Source of the DNA: Bacteroidota bacterium | GTDB taxonomy: Bacteria > Bacteroidota > Bacteroidia > JABEUT01 | Assembly (NCBI GenBank): GCA_013289165.1 | Contig: JABDAL010000006.1 | Location: 171 to 62,277 of the forward strand | Reading direction: 5' to 3' | Length of the DNA stretch: 62,107 nucleotides | Shown: positions 1 to 9,149 of the stretch, in pieces | Position numbering within the stretch: position 1 is the stretch's first letter | How the letters are laid out: every line of letters begins with the position of its first letter | Position numbers and translations under genes: made by a program | Notes under the pieces: generated by a model | What the model saw: only the letters and a program-made list of their open reading frames with translations | Told to the model about the DNA's origin: nothing | The model's database searches: none

Positions 1-1
1 G

Positions 2-124
2 CGCATGCCCGTGTGGCTTTTTATCGGGCTTTCCCAGCCGGTACTTTATCTTATTCTTTATATGCCTTTACTAAAGAATATGGGCAATACATCTGTTTTG
101 CCTACAGCAGAAAGGTTTTGCTGA
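2..124 (+). pseudogene. N-terminal fragment of an ABC-2 type (DrrB-like) permease, cut at ~nt 110; 5' part lies outside the window
   Basis: Frame +2 reads RMPVWLFIGLSQPVLYLILYMPLLKNMGNTSVLPTAERFC*. This resembles the R-x-P-x-W...QP-x-LYL...PLL first transmembrane segment of ABC-2 permeases. Not in the ORF track. Confidence 0.6.
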
Positions 125-155
125 GACTATTCGTCTCAAGAATAATTCCGCTCAT
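102..155 (-). pseudogene. 17-codon stub of an ABC transporter ATP-binding protein
   Basis: ATG 7 nt after the stop of 163..825 reads MSGIILETNSLSKTFLL*, matching the typical ABC ATPase start (I-L-E-T-x-x-L-S-K-x-F). It stops before any Walker A motif. Confidence 0.55.
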
Positions 156-162
156 AAATAAT

Positions 163-825
163 TTATTTGTTCGAGGCTCCGATTTTTATTTTACACTGTT
201 GCATCATAAAATCATTGGCACGTTTTCCCCAATGAGGTTTCATAATATCCTGGCTATCGTAAACAAATAGCGAATCAGCTTTTTCATACAGGGGTAATGC
301 CCTGGCTGCTCCACCTCCAAATGCCTCCGGGGTATAAAAAATACCATTGGCTTTCATATGAAACACGCGTGCATTCTTGGGATTGATGGAAAGGGCCTTT
401 GCATAGTATTTACTTGCAATCTCTCCATATTTTTGGTAACGCATCATCGGGTTTACTCCGATTCGAACATTCGCTAATAGTGCCCCAAGCGCATTTACTT
501 CGTCGCTGGTGCTATCCATGTAAGCAATTTTGGCATAGTACTTGTCTGCTTCATCCAGCATAGGGTCTTTTTTATCGTTGTCTGGTTCAACATATGAGAG
601 TATCGCAATGGACCATGCAGCATAAAAATTAGCTGCCCAGTTGTCGGGCCATTTAGCAGCTATTAATTTGAATTTGTTACAGGCTGCTAATTTTTTCGAA
701 TAGACCATTGTCGTATCAAATGCAGTGTAGGTTTGTTGCAGGACATCTTCTATTTTTTGTGCAAATAGTTCACGAGGCATGAATACTGCCAATGTTAAGA
801 CGGATACAATCAGTAATTTTTTCAT
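163..825 (-). CDS. Secreted helical/TPR-like hypothetical protein
   Basis: Signal peptide (MKKLLIVSVLTLAVFMPRELFA), TPR-like 'YYAKALSINPKNAR', and FYTPxxFGGG and PHWG motifs. Directly downstream of the TonB receptor. Confidence 0.75.
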   Translation of the reverse strand: MKKLLIVSVLTLAVFMPRELFAQKIEDVLQQTYTAFDTTMVYSKKLAACNKFKLIAAKWPDNWAANFYAAWSIAILSYVEPDNDKKDPMLDEADKYYAKIAYMDSTSDEVNALGALLANVRIGVNPMMRYQKYGEIASKYYAKALSINPKNARVFHMKANGIFYTPEAFGGGAARALPLYEKADSLFVYDSQDIMKPHWGKRANDFMMQQCKIKIGASNK

Positions 826-837
826 GGTGGGCGGGTT

Positions 838-3075
838 TTAAAGTTCTTCTTTTTTAAATGGAGTTAGCGAGATGAATACACCTGCAAATATACTTCTGTA
901 CAGTGCAGGTAAAACAGGGTAACGGTATAATCCGTTATCTGAATAATTATATCCGAGTATATTGTGATTATTCGTGATATTATCAATACCAATATATAAT
1001 ACAGAAAACATTTTCTTAACCTTGAAGAGATAATTAAAACTGAAAGCGAGGTCTTGGTATGCCGGAGAATGTTCACTCAAAAAAGGAACTGCGGGATTGG
1101 GGTCATAATATGGCCTTCCAGAAAGTAAAGTATAAGTGAGGGAGAGATTAATACCGGGTTTATCGATAAAATATTTAGTCACTACACTCAGGCTGTTATT
1201 ATATACATAGTCGGGTGTAGCTTCTACGGGATAATTCATATAAAGCCTCTTTGTATCAATATAGCTGTACGAAATCCAATAGTCAAAATTTTTAATCGAT
1301 TTTTTATCTTTCCAGAATACGTCAATGCCTTTTGCGTATCCATATCCACCATTGGTTACAGGATACAAGAAAGGACGGTAAGGATTGGGGTCATAAGGTT
1401 GGCCTTCCGTATTTTCGAGAATTAAATCGCTGTATGACTTATAATAACCTTCTACCCGGAATGTGCGATCTACTCCTAAGAATTCATAGTTGAGGATATA
1501 GTGTGTAGCTTCTTCAAAATTCACATTAGAGTGTCCAAAAAGCAAATATTTTTCTGAAGGGTCCTGGTAAAACATACCATAAGCACCTGAAATTTGTCCG
1601 TATTTATTCAATCGTATGGCAGCAGAAATCCTGGGAGCCAAATCACTTTTCTGTAACAATTCGCTGTGCTCATAACGTATGCCTGGCTTAATACCGAACC
1701 ATTTAGCAGGCTTCCATTCAGCTTCTGCATACCCGGCTATTAATGTTTCGGTATAGGCAAGATGGTCAATGTAGAAAGGATTGGTAAGGTTGGCAGGATT
1801 GGTATATTCAGGATTAGCTGTATCAAACATTTGTTTCTCGGTAATATGTTGCATCTCACCACCTATATATCCATATAAATTTTGGGTGATCTGACTTTCA
1901 AATTCGGCTCTTGCCTGCGTACGCTCATCACTTTTGTTAAAAGGTTCTGCGCCCCATTTCACTGAATCCCCATTTTGGCTGTAGGAAGAAGAAAGCGTAA
2001 AAGAATTTTTCAAGTTAAAAGCATGTTTATAATAAATACTGCCTGTTTCATAATAATTTTTCAGATTGAAAGCTAGTGTAGTATCAGGCTGGTTAGGGTC
2101 AATCACATTGATTCCACTTTTGTATTGGTTATAATTACCGGATATTTTTAGAACATCTCCCTTTTTATTCATCCACACGTAGCGGGCAAATCCACCAATG
2201 CCCACCGGGGGTTGGAAGAAGTCTAAATTGGTTTTGGTAATACCGTAAAAAGGTTGTGTGTTGGTATAGTTTATTCCTGCCTCAAAGGAAGAATTAGCCC
2301 AACGCTTAGCCCCTGCAACTCCTACTCCGGCCATATTTATATTTGCACTGATGGTAGTTTCTTCAGGTAAGTCATTCGTGCTTAATTCGAGTATGCCTGA
2401 TAATGCCTGCCCATACCGGGAGCTATAACCACCACTACTGAATGATATTCCCTTAAACTGGTAAGGACCGAAACGACTGCGCTGTGCAACTCCCGGCACC
2501 GCGCTGAAAAAAGCATCTTGTACTACCATGCCATCTACAAGAGCTGCCGATTCACTGGCGTCACCGCCTCTTACAAACAGACCCGTTTGGTCAGATACTT
2601 TTTCAACTCCCGGCAACATTTGTATAACGCCCACCACATCACCCGCTGCACCTGCAGTAGTATAAATATCCATGGGAGTAAGCATAGTGACTTTACGGTC
2701 AGTATTGGCATCAAAGGAACCGGGCGATACCTCTACTTCGTTCAGTGTACTACCGTTTCTTTTCATTTGGAGGTTCACGGTATACTCTTTTCCTGCTTCT
2801 ACAGTTAAAATTGATTTGACAGTATCGTATCCTACACCCGTAGCAAGTACTGTTATATTTCCCTGTTCCGAAGTTGTGAAGCTGTAATGTCCCGTGCTGT
2901 CAGTTAAAGCTCCGTCGAGAGAGTTCTTAATAAAAACAGTTCCATACTCAACAGGATTATTATGCGGGTCAGTAACCTTGCCCCGAAGAGTTACTTGTTG
3001 TGCATTAGATACCCATGCAGATACTACTATTGGTAAAGCTATTACTAATTTTTTTAACGAAGTATTCTTTTTCAT
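838..3075 (-). CDS. TonB-dependent outer membrane receptor with N-terminal carboxypeptidase-regulatory-like domain
   Basis: Signal peptide, 'LRGKVTD...GHYSF' N-domain, plug motifs 'LPGV...GLFVRGG' and 'GGYSSRYGQALSG', beta-barrel-like C-terminus. 745 aa. Confidence 0.9.
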   Translation of the reverse strand: MKKNTSLKKLVIALPIVVSAWVSNAQQVTLRGKVTDPHNNPVEYGTVFIKNSLDGALTDSTGHYSFTTSEQGNITVLATGVGYDTVKSILTVEAGKEYTVNLQMKRNGSTLNEVEVSPGSFDANTDRKVTMLTPMDIYTTAGAAGDVVGVIQMLPGVEKVSDQTGLFVRGGDASESAALVDGMVVQDAFFSAVPGVAQRSRFGPYQFKGISFSSGGYSSRYGQALSGILELSTNDLPEETTISANINMAGVGVAGAKRWANSSFEAGINYTNTQPFYGITKTNLDFFQPPVGIGGFARYVWMNKKGDVLKISGNYNQYKSGINVIDPNQPDTTLAFNLKNYYETGSIYYKHAFNLKNSFTLSSSYSQNGDSVKWGAEPFNKSDERTQARAEFESQITQNLYGYIGGEMQHITEKQMFDTANPEYTNPANLTNPFYIDHLAYTETLIAGYAEAEWKPAKWFGIKPGIRYEHSELLQKSDLAPRISAAIRLNKYGQISGAYGMFYQDPSEKYLLFGHSNVNFEEATHYILNYEFLGVDRTFRVEGYYKSYSDLILENTEGQPYDPNPYRPFLYPVTNGGYGYAKGIDVFWKDKKSIKNFDYWISYSYIDTKRLYMNYPVEATPDYVYNNSLSVVTKYFIDKPGINLSLTYTLLSGRPYYDPNPAVPFLSEHSPAYQDLAFSFNYLFKVKKMFSVLYIGIDNITNNHNILGYNYSDNGLYRYPVLPALYRSIFAGVFISLTPFKKEEL

Positions 3076-3095
3076 CTGTTTTCAAATTTGTGATG

Positions 3096-3181
3096 CAAAA
3101 CTACTTGTAGAGTAAGCGCAGGGTTAGTGTAATTAGGCATAAATATTGAAAAAGTAGGTAAATGAAAGGGTTTCATCGGCA
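3096..3181 (-). promoter_or_regulatory. Bacteroidota -7 promoter (TAGTTTTG) with three 21-bp-periodic putative LytTR boxes
   Basis: caaaacta at 3096-3103. Top-strand repeats AATTAGGCA (3131), AAGTAGGTA (3152), TCATCGGCA (3173). Same geometry as 5990-6075. Confidence 0.65.
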
Positions 3182-3190
3182 GAAGTATTT

Positions 3191-3412
3191 TTATTCCAAA
3201 ATAGCACCGGAGTGATTATTTTTTTCTAAGATTTTAAAAACCAATTCTGCATCAATTCTCCCTCCGGCATTTTCAATTCTCAATACTTTATCACAATCAT
3301 CCAAATCAAAATTGCATTTGTACTCCGGTTGGTGTGAACCAATTTCGGCTAAGATGGATTGGGCCGTATCTTTATTAAGCACATTCGTTTTAAAAACTTC
3401 AACCGTTTTCAT
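3191..3412 (-). CDS. Small conserved hypothetical protein (HMA-like, VFKTN...DLDDCDKVLRI family)
   Basis: 73 aa with motifs VFKTNV and NFDLDDCDKVLRIE. 11 nt downstream of the LytTR regulator. Confidence 0.7.
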   Translation of the reverse strand: MKTVEVFKTNVLNKDTAQSILAEIGSHQPEYKCNFDLDDCDKVLRIENAGGRIDAELVFKILEKNNHSGAILE

Positions 3413-3423
3413 CAGGGGTAATT

Positions 3424-4164
3424 TTATAGTCCAAGTATAGCTTTTAATTTAGGATAACCTGTTTTGCTAATTGGGATTTTTTCTCCCGATATAAGTATGG
3501 CAATATGGCCGTCTTTCTCATACGGCTCAATACGTGTAACCTGTGATACCTGGACAATATAAGAACGATGTACCCTTACAAATTGGGAGGCATCCATCAC
3601 ATTTTCAAAATAGCTGATGGTTTTCTTTTTCAGGAATCCCCCGTCCTTCGTAAGAATCTTTACGTAGTCATCATCTGCCTGGATGTATTCAATTTCATGC
3701 ATAGGTATGATGCGGATATTGTTCCCTGTTTTTACTACCACCCTGTTATGCTGCTCGGGGCTTATGGGAAGAGACCCTTCATTTAATTCTTTCACCGCAG
3801 AGGTTGAAATGCTGTGTTGTTGTTTCCATTTTTGTATTGCTTTGTCAAACCGTTCCTTGCTGAATGGTTTCAGCAGATAATCTATGGCATGTGTTTCAAA
3901 CGCTTTCATGGCATATTCATCGAAGGCGGTAGTAAATATTACCCCGGGTGAAGTATTTAATAATTCCAACATTTCGAAACCATTGATTTTTGGCATTTGA
4001 ACATCGAGGAAAATCAGGTCCGGCTGATGTTGTGAAATGGCTTTCACCCCCTCAAACCCATCACCACACTCTTCTGCCACCGTAATAAATGGATAAGCCC
4101 GGAGATACTCTTTTATCATATTCCTTGCCAGTGGCTCATCATCAATAATAACTACTTTAATCAT
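3424..4164 (-). CDS. LytTR-family two-component response regulator
   Basis: Receiver domain (IIDDEPLAR, FLDVQMP, FTTAF, DYLLKP) plus LytTR domain (FVRVHRSYIV). Confidence 0.95.
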   Translation of the reverse strand: MIKVVIIDDEPLARNMIKEYLRAYPFITVAEECGDGFEGVKAISQHQPDLIFLDVQMPKINGFEMLELLNTSPGVIFTTAFDEYAMKAFETHAIDYLLKPFSKERFDKAIQKWKQQHSISTSAVKELNEGSLPISPEQHNRVVVKTGNNIRIIPMHEIEYIQADDDYVKILTKDGGFLKKKTISYFENVMDASQFVRVHRSYIVQVSQVTRIEPYEKDGHIAILISGEKIPISKTGYPKLKAILGL

Positions 4165-5198
4165 AATTGTGGTATTTTTACAGTGGTGATGAATATGTTT
4201 CCGTCTGCTTTTGTATCTAATAAATCGTTTCGCCCATAAAGTAGATATAGTCTCCGGGATATAGAACTCAATCCAAAGCCCGTTCCTTTTTTAGATATGG
4301 ACGTAGATGCGTCAAAAGGATTTTGAACAGATAGCAATAACAGGTATTCTTCTCTTTTTGCAGTGAGTTTGATTAATACTTTTTCGGTAGTATCATATAG
4401 TCCAAACTTGATAGCATTCTCTACAATAGGTTGTAATAATAACTGTGGTATTTTGGAAGTAAGACATGTTGCATCTGCTTCAATTAGGGTATCCAGCCGG
4501 TGCCCAAAACGTACTTTTTCAATGTCAAGATAAAGCTGGAGCAAGCGAAGTTCCTCTTCCAATGTCACCTGTAGCTCCTCTTCCGTTTTTAATGTACCTC
4601 TCAAAAAATCGGCAAGCTGCTGCACCATGCGCCGGGCTTCTTCGGGCTGTGAGCCTATAAGGGCACTTATAGAGTTTAAACTGTTAAACAAAAAATGCGG
4701 ATGAAGTTGTTTACGAAGTTTGAATAACTCTGCTTCCCGGGTAAGTTTTTCAGCTTCCATTTTCCGTTGTTCATTTTGTCGGTGCTCCTCGTAGCTATAT
4801 ACAACCCAGCTTATCATGGCTGCTAAACCGGTGATAAGAAAGGCAACAAAAAACCGGACAGGTAGAGATTTGGAGAGAAATGCCAGGTAGGGGGCATCTG
4901 TTATCAGCGAAGAAAGAGCCCAATTTATTACCAATAACCATGCGCCCGTTATGCCTAAATCCCAAATAAAAACGTAGAAAAACTTACTTCTTCCCGGGCG
5001 ATAGTAGCGAAGAATGTTCCCCAGGTAATAAGTAATAACTGCCAGTAAAATATTACTTATAGAGCTGTCAATAATAGAATTAATGGGAGAAATTCCCAGC
5101 CAAATCAATACCAGGCTTTGTATAATAACAAACACTACTGCAAGAGCCACGCTTATCAATATCAAATTACGAGTTGAATGGGTGGCTGGAAAATTCAT
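4161..5198 (-). CDS. LytS/YehU-type sensor histidine kinase
   Basis: N-terminal TM helices and motifs QLHPHFLFNSLNSI, YLDIEKVRFG, LLQPIVENAIKFG, GTGFGL. Overlaps the regulator by 4 nt. Confidence 0.93.
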   Translation of the reverse strand: MNFPATHSTRNLILISVALAVVFVIIQSLVLIWLGISPINSIIDSSISNILLAVITYYLGNILRYYRPGRSKFFYVFIWDLGITGAWLLVINWALSSLITDAPYLAFLSKSLPVRFFVAFLITGLAAMISWVVYSYEEHRQNEQRKMEAEKLTREAELFKLRKQLHPHFLFNSLNSISALIGSQPEEARRMVQQLADFLRGTLKTEEELQVTLEEELRLLQLYLDIEKVRFGHRLDTLIEADATCLTSKIPQLLLQPIVENAIKFGLYDTTEKVLIKLTAKREEYLLLLSVQNPFDASTSISKKGTGFGLSSISRRLYLLYGRNDLLDTKADGNIFITTVKIPQL

Positions 5199-5199
5199 C

Positions 5200-5970
5200 T
5201 TAATAACATTGAATGCTTATACCTGCAAAAATGGAGGTGCCGTCAATAATGAGTGTTTTTTCAGGATTTTCTTTAATGAGCGACGGGGGCCGTTTATCTT
5301 CCACTCCTCCAAAAATGGAAGAGGTGTTAACAATAATTTTCCAATCAGTAGGGACAATTATTTTTGCCCCTCCGAATATTTGAACTAATTCAATAGTCAC
5401 TGTTCCGGTAAAATCGGCTTGAGTGAGATTAAGGTCGCAGCCACCGAAAATATTTACAATGTCTCCTCCCTTGAAATTTTTGGATACGATTACTTTGTGC
5501 ACTCCTCCGAAAACAGAGGTAGAGTCAATAAAATCATCTCCCGACGGAGGCATGTTTACAGCATCTTGCCATTTCTCCCATTTTTTCCAATACTTATGCC
5601 GGTGTTTTTCATGCATGTCTTCCCAATCCCAATGCCGCCTCGGACGCACCATGAGGTATATTCCGACTACAATAATAGCAAGCGGCCATATATAATCTGC
5701 CACCTCGTATTGTGGGAAATAATCTCTTATGAGAAAGACAGCTCCTACAAGGGTCATGATTAACCACCCGCCCCAGCCTCTAAAGCCATGCCTTGCTCCA
5801 ATAAACAATCCCCATACCATGAGAAGCACTGGCCATGTAAACAACCAGTGAGGGAAAATAACTATGCTCATTTGTTTGAGGAGTAGGATAACACCTACTG
5901 CTACAACTATTAAACCACCGAGGGCTCTTCCTCCACGATGGTTGCTTTTTTTGATCTTTTCTGAGTCCAT
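5200..5970 (-). CDS. LiaF-like membrane accessory protein (DUF5668 TM region plus DUF2154-like C-terminus)
   Basis: Four TM segments with WP motifs and repeated (S/N)(V/I)FGG motifs in the C-terminal domain. First gene of the two-component operon. Confidence 0.85.
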   Translation of the reverse strand: MDSEKIKKSNHRGGRALGGLIVVAVGVILLLKQMSIVIFPHWLFTWPVLLMVWGLFIGARHGFRGWGGWLIMTLVGAVFLIRDYFPQYEVADYIWPLAIIVVGIYLMVRPRRHWDWEDMHEKHRHKYWKKWEKWQDAVNMPPSGDDFIDSTSVFGGVHKVIVSKNFKGGDIVNIFGGCDLNLTQADFTGTVTIELVQIFGGAKIIVPTDWKIIVNTSSIFGGVEDKRPPSLIKENPEKTLIIDGTSIFAGISIQCY

Positions 5971-5989
5971 GATTTTTCGATTTATGAGG

Positions 5990-6075
5990 CAAAACTATAC
6001 CAGTTGTTAAGAACATGTTAGACAAAATAGGCATGAGAAATGGAAAAGTCGGTGGGACGGGGGAATAAGTCGGCG
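5990..6075 (-). promoter_or_regulatory. Bacteroidota -7 promoter (TAGTTTTG) with three 21-bp-periodic putative LytTR boxes
   Basis: caaaacta at 5990-5997. Repeats AAATAGGCA (6025), AAGTCGGTG (6046), AAGTCGGCG (6067). Same 28-nt offset as at 3096-3181. Confidence 0.65.
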
Positions 6076-6246
6076 AATTTTACAAAGTACAATAAAAAGG
6101 TAAAATGAAGGTTTTGTTGAACAGAAACGTCTAAAACCCTGCAAGGAATGCTAAAATATACGGAAAGTGTGAGGGTTAATAGGTAGATTAAGTGCCATTT
6201 ACAGTCATAATCAAAGATTTTTGTTGACAAACGCCCCTTGAGGCAT

Positions 6247-6254
6247 TATCTTTG
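6247..6254 (+). promoter_or_regulatory. Bacteroidota housekeeping -7 element upstream of queA
   Basis: TATCTTTG matches TAnnTTTG. TTG-containing -33 region near 6221-6226. Confidence 0.6.
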
Positions 6255-6290
6255 CAGCCTTTTTATAAAAAAGTAACATATATATAAAGC

Positions 6291-7340
6291 ATGAAATTAT
6301 CTGAATTTAACTTTAGTTTTCCGAAAGACCTGATAGCGGAATATCCAAGCCCAACTCGTGATGAAGCCCGCCTGATGGTGGTTAACCGTAAGACCGGAAA
6401 AATAGAGCACAAGGTTTTCAAGGATCTTTTAGGTTATTATAGTGCACACGATGTATTCATTTTGAACGATACTAAAGTATTTCCTGCCCGCTTGTTTGGC
6501 AAAAAGGAAAAAACAGGAGCAAAAATTGAGGTATTTCTTTTGAGGGAACTCAATCGGGAAAGCTTTTTATGGGATGTGCTTGTTGACCCTGCCCGTAAAA
6601 TCCGTATCGGGAACAAACTTTATTTTGGTAACAATGAAGAGCTGGTAGCTGAAGTTATAGATAATACCACTTCGAGAGGTAGGACCCTGCGCTTTTTGTT
6701 TGATGGAACGTATGATGAGTTTAAGAATATAGTATATACTTTGGGCGAAACCCCGCTTCCAAAATATATTAAGAGAGAAGTTAAGGAATCGGATAAGGAC
6801 CGCTATCAAACGGTGTATGCCGTTAATGAAGGGGCTGTGGCTGCGCCTACTGCCGGGCTACATTTCAGCAAGGAGTTGATGAAAAGAATGGAACTGAAAG
6901 GTGTAGAATTTGCTAATGTAACCTTGCATGTGGGCTTAGGAACTTTCCGCCCGATTGAAGTGGAAGATTTGAGCAAACATAAAATGGATTCGGAGCAAAT
7001 GATGATTGCTCAAAAAGCTGCGGACATTGTAAATAAGGCTAAACACGATAAGAGGAAAATATGTGCGGTAGGAACCACCTCTATGCGTGCCATTGAAAGT
7101 TCTGTTTCAACAGATGGCTTTTTGAAGCCCTTTGATGGTTGGACAAACAAGTTCATTTATCCTCCTTACGATTTCCGTATTGCCAATAGCATGATAACGA
7201 ATTTCCACATACCTGGTTCCAGTTTATTGATAATGGTTTGCGCTTTCGGTGGCTATGATTTGATAATGAAGGCATACAAAGAAGCCATTAAGAATAAGTA
7301 TAAGTTCTTCTCCTATGGCGATGCCATGTTGATTATCTAA
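6291..7340 (+). CDS. queA: S-adenosylmethionine:tRNA ribosyltransferase-isomerase
   Basis: [59 protein letters not shown]. Confidence 0.97.
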   Translation: MKLSEFNFSFPKDLIAEYPSPTRDEARLMVVNRKTGKIEHKVFKDLLGYYSAHDVFILNDTKVFPARLFGKKEKTGAKIEVFLLRELNRESFLWDVLVDPARKIRIGNKLYFGNNEELVAEVIDNTTSRGRTLRFLFDGTYDEFKNIVYTLGETPLPKYIKREVKESDKDRYQTVYAVNEGAVAAPTAGLHFSKELMKRMELKGVEFANVTLHVGLGTFRPIEVEDLSKHKMDSEQMMIAQKAADIVNKAKHDKRKICAVGTTSMRAIESSVSTDGFLKPFDGWTNKFIYPPYDFRIANSMITNFHIPGSSLLIMVCAFGGYDLIMKAYKEAIKNKYKFFSYGDAMLII

Positions 7341-7349
7341 CTTAGGTCG

Positions 7350-8060
7350 ATGTCGGAAGCAGGTAACAAAAGGTATGCCATAATTGTGGCAGGAGGCAAC
7401 GGAGCAAGGATGAATAGTCCTGTTCCCAAGCAATTTTTGAAGTTGGACGGAAAGCCCATCATACTTCATACCATTAATAAATTTCTCGATACAGACCCCA
7501 ATATTGAAATCATTTTGGTGCTTCCACAGGACCACCTGAAATATTGGGAACAACTTTGTGCAGAATACATGTTTCATAAGCCATTGAAGATTGCTTACAG
7601 TGGCGAGAGCCGTTTCCATTCGGTTAAAAATGGGCTGGAATTTGTTACTGAAAGCGGTATAGTAGCTGTTCACGATGCGGTGCGTCCTTTAGTGAGCAGC
7701 AAAACAATTTTAGCAACCTTCAAAGCTGCTGAAATGTATGGTAATGCGGTTCCTGCCGTTCCAATTAATGACTCCATACGGCAAATAGAATCTACCCGCA
7801 CCATTGCAGTTGACCGCTCCCGCTACTGTGCCACACAAACACCCCAGTGTTTCCGGACCGATATTATTAAAAGGGCCTACCAGCAGGAATACCACTACAC
7901 GTATACCGATGATGCTATGGTAGTGGAAGCTATGGGTGAGCATATACGCCTGGTAGATGGGAACCCGGAAAATATTAAAATCACAAGCCCAAAGGACATC
8001 CTGATAGCTGAGGTTTTATTAAAAGCAGAAGCACAGTCCTTTACTCCAAATAAAATATAG
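7350..8060 (+). CDS. ispD: 2-C-methyl-D-erythritol 4-phosphate cytidylyltransferase
   Basis: IIVAGGNGARM..PKQF, VHDAVRP, QTPQCF, TDDA, NIKIT. Confidence 0.93.
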   Translation: MSEAGNKRYAIIVAGGNGARMNSPVPKQFLKLDGKPIILHTINKFLDTDPNIEIILVLPQDHLKYWEQLCAEYMFHKPLKIAYSGESRFHSVKNGLEFVTESGIVAVHDAVRPLVSSKTILATFKAAEMYGNAVPAVPINDSIRQIESTRTIAVDRSRYCATQTPQCFRTDIIKRAYQQEYHYTYTDDAMVVEAMGEHIRLVDGNPENIKITSPKDILIAEVLLKAEAQSFTPNKI

Positions 8061-8077
8061 TGTCTACCTTTGCACCT

Positions 8078-9148
8078 ATGGCCGCATCGGGAACATCATT
8101 GCCGAAGAATATACGCAACCTTGAATTGACTGAGATAAGCTCTTGGTTTAAACAACGGGGTGAGCCTACTTTTCGTGCCAGGCAGGTATATGAATGGCTA
8201 TGGAAAAAGTCCGCTCTTTCGTTTGACGATATGAGCAACTTACCAAAACCTACAAGGGAAGCCCTGAAAACAGATTTTTCCATTCACCGTTTTGAAAATG
8301 TAATATCCCAAATCAGCAAAGACGGGACCATTAAAAATGCATTTCATCTTTACGATGACAGAAGAGTAGAGGGTGTTTTGATTCCTGCTGAAAAGCGTAT
8401 GACGGCTTGCATTTCTTCGCAGGTAGGCTGTAGCCTCGAATGTAAATTTTGTGCCACTGGCCGCCTGAAGAGGGAGCGTAATTTAGGCGCGGATGAAATA
8501 TATGACGAAGTAGTTTTTATACAAAAGCAAACGCTGGAAAAATATAATACTCCCCTTACCAATATTGTATTTATGGGTATGGGTGAACCCTTGCTAAATT
8601 ATTCTAATGTGTTGGAGGCTATTGATAAGATTACTTCTCCCGAGGGCCTTAATTTTTCTGCGCAACGGATTACGCTTTCCACTGCCGGAGTTGCCAAAAT
8701 GATTAAAAAGCTGGGTGATGATAATGTGAAGTTTAATTTGGCGCTATCCTTACACGCCGCTACCGATGAGAAACGAAGCAAAATAATGCCTATTAACGAT
8801 TCGAATAAGCTGGAGGAAGTAGCGGAGGCGCTGAAATACTTTTATAGCAAAACACAAACCAAAGTTACCTACGAGTATATTGTATTTAAAGACTTTAACG
8901 ATTCAGTGCAAGACGCTTATAAGCTGGCAGAGTTCTGCAAAGTGGTTCCCTGCAAAGTAAACCTGATAGAGTATAATCCTATAGATAACGGGGAGTTTAA
9001 ACAAGCTAACCCTGAACGACTGGCAGCTTTCGTAAAACTTTTACGTAGTCGGGGTATAATCGTCAACACACGACGCAGCCGCGGTAAAGATATTGATGCC
9101 GCTTGCGGACAGTTGGCAAATAAGTTGCAAGAAGTTGATAAGAGTTAA
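8078..9148 (+). CDS. rlmN: 23S rRNA (adenine(2503)-C2)-methyltransferase, radical SAM
   Basis: CISSQVGCSLECKFCATG, MGMGEP, SLHA, DIDAACGQL. Start moved to ATG 8078, just after TACCTTTG (8065-8072). Confidence 0.95.
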   Translation: MAASGTSLPKNIRNLELTEISSWFKQRGEPTFRARQVYEWLWKKSALSFDDMSNLPKPTREALKTDFSIHRFENVISQISKDGTIKNAFHLYDDRRVEGVLIPAEKRMTACISSQVGCSLECKFCATGRLKRERNLGADEIYDEVVFIQKQTLEKYNTPLTNIVFMGMGEPLLNYSNVLEAIDKITSPEGLNFSAQRITLSTAGVAKMIKKLGDDNVKFNLALSLHAATDEKRSKIMPINDSNKLEEVAEALKYFYSKTQTKVTYEYIVFKDFNDSVQDAYKLAEFCKVVPCKVNLIEYNPIDNGEFKQANPERLAAFVKLLRSRGIIVNTRRSRGKDIDAACGQLANKLQEVDKS

Positions 9149-9149
9149 T

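Noticed and set aside
13-270. 85-aa plus-strand ORF in the track
   Set aside because: It overlaps the real 163..825 gene antisense and has no recognisable motif. Frame +2 (permease-like) explains this DNA better.
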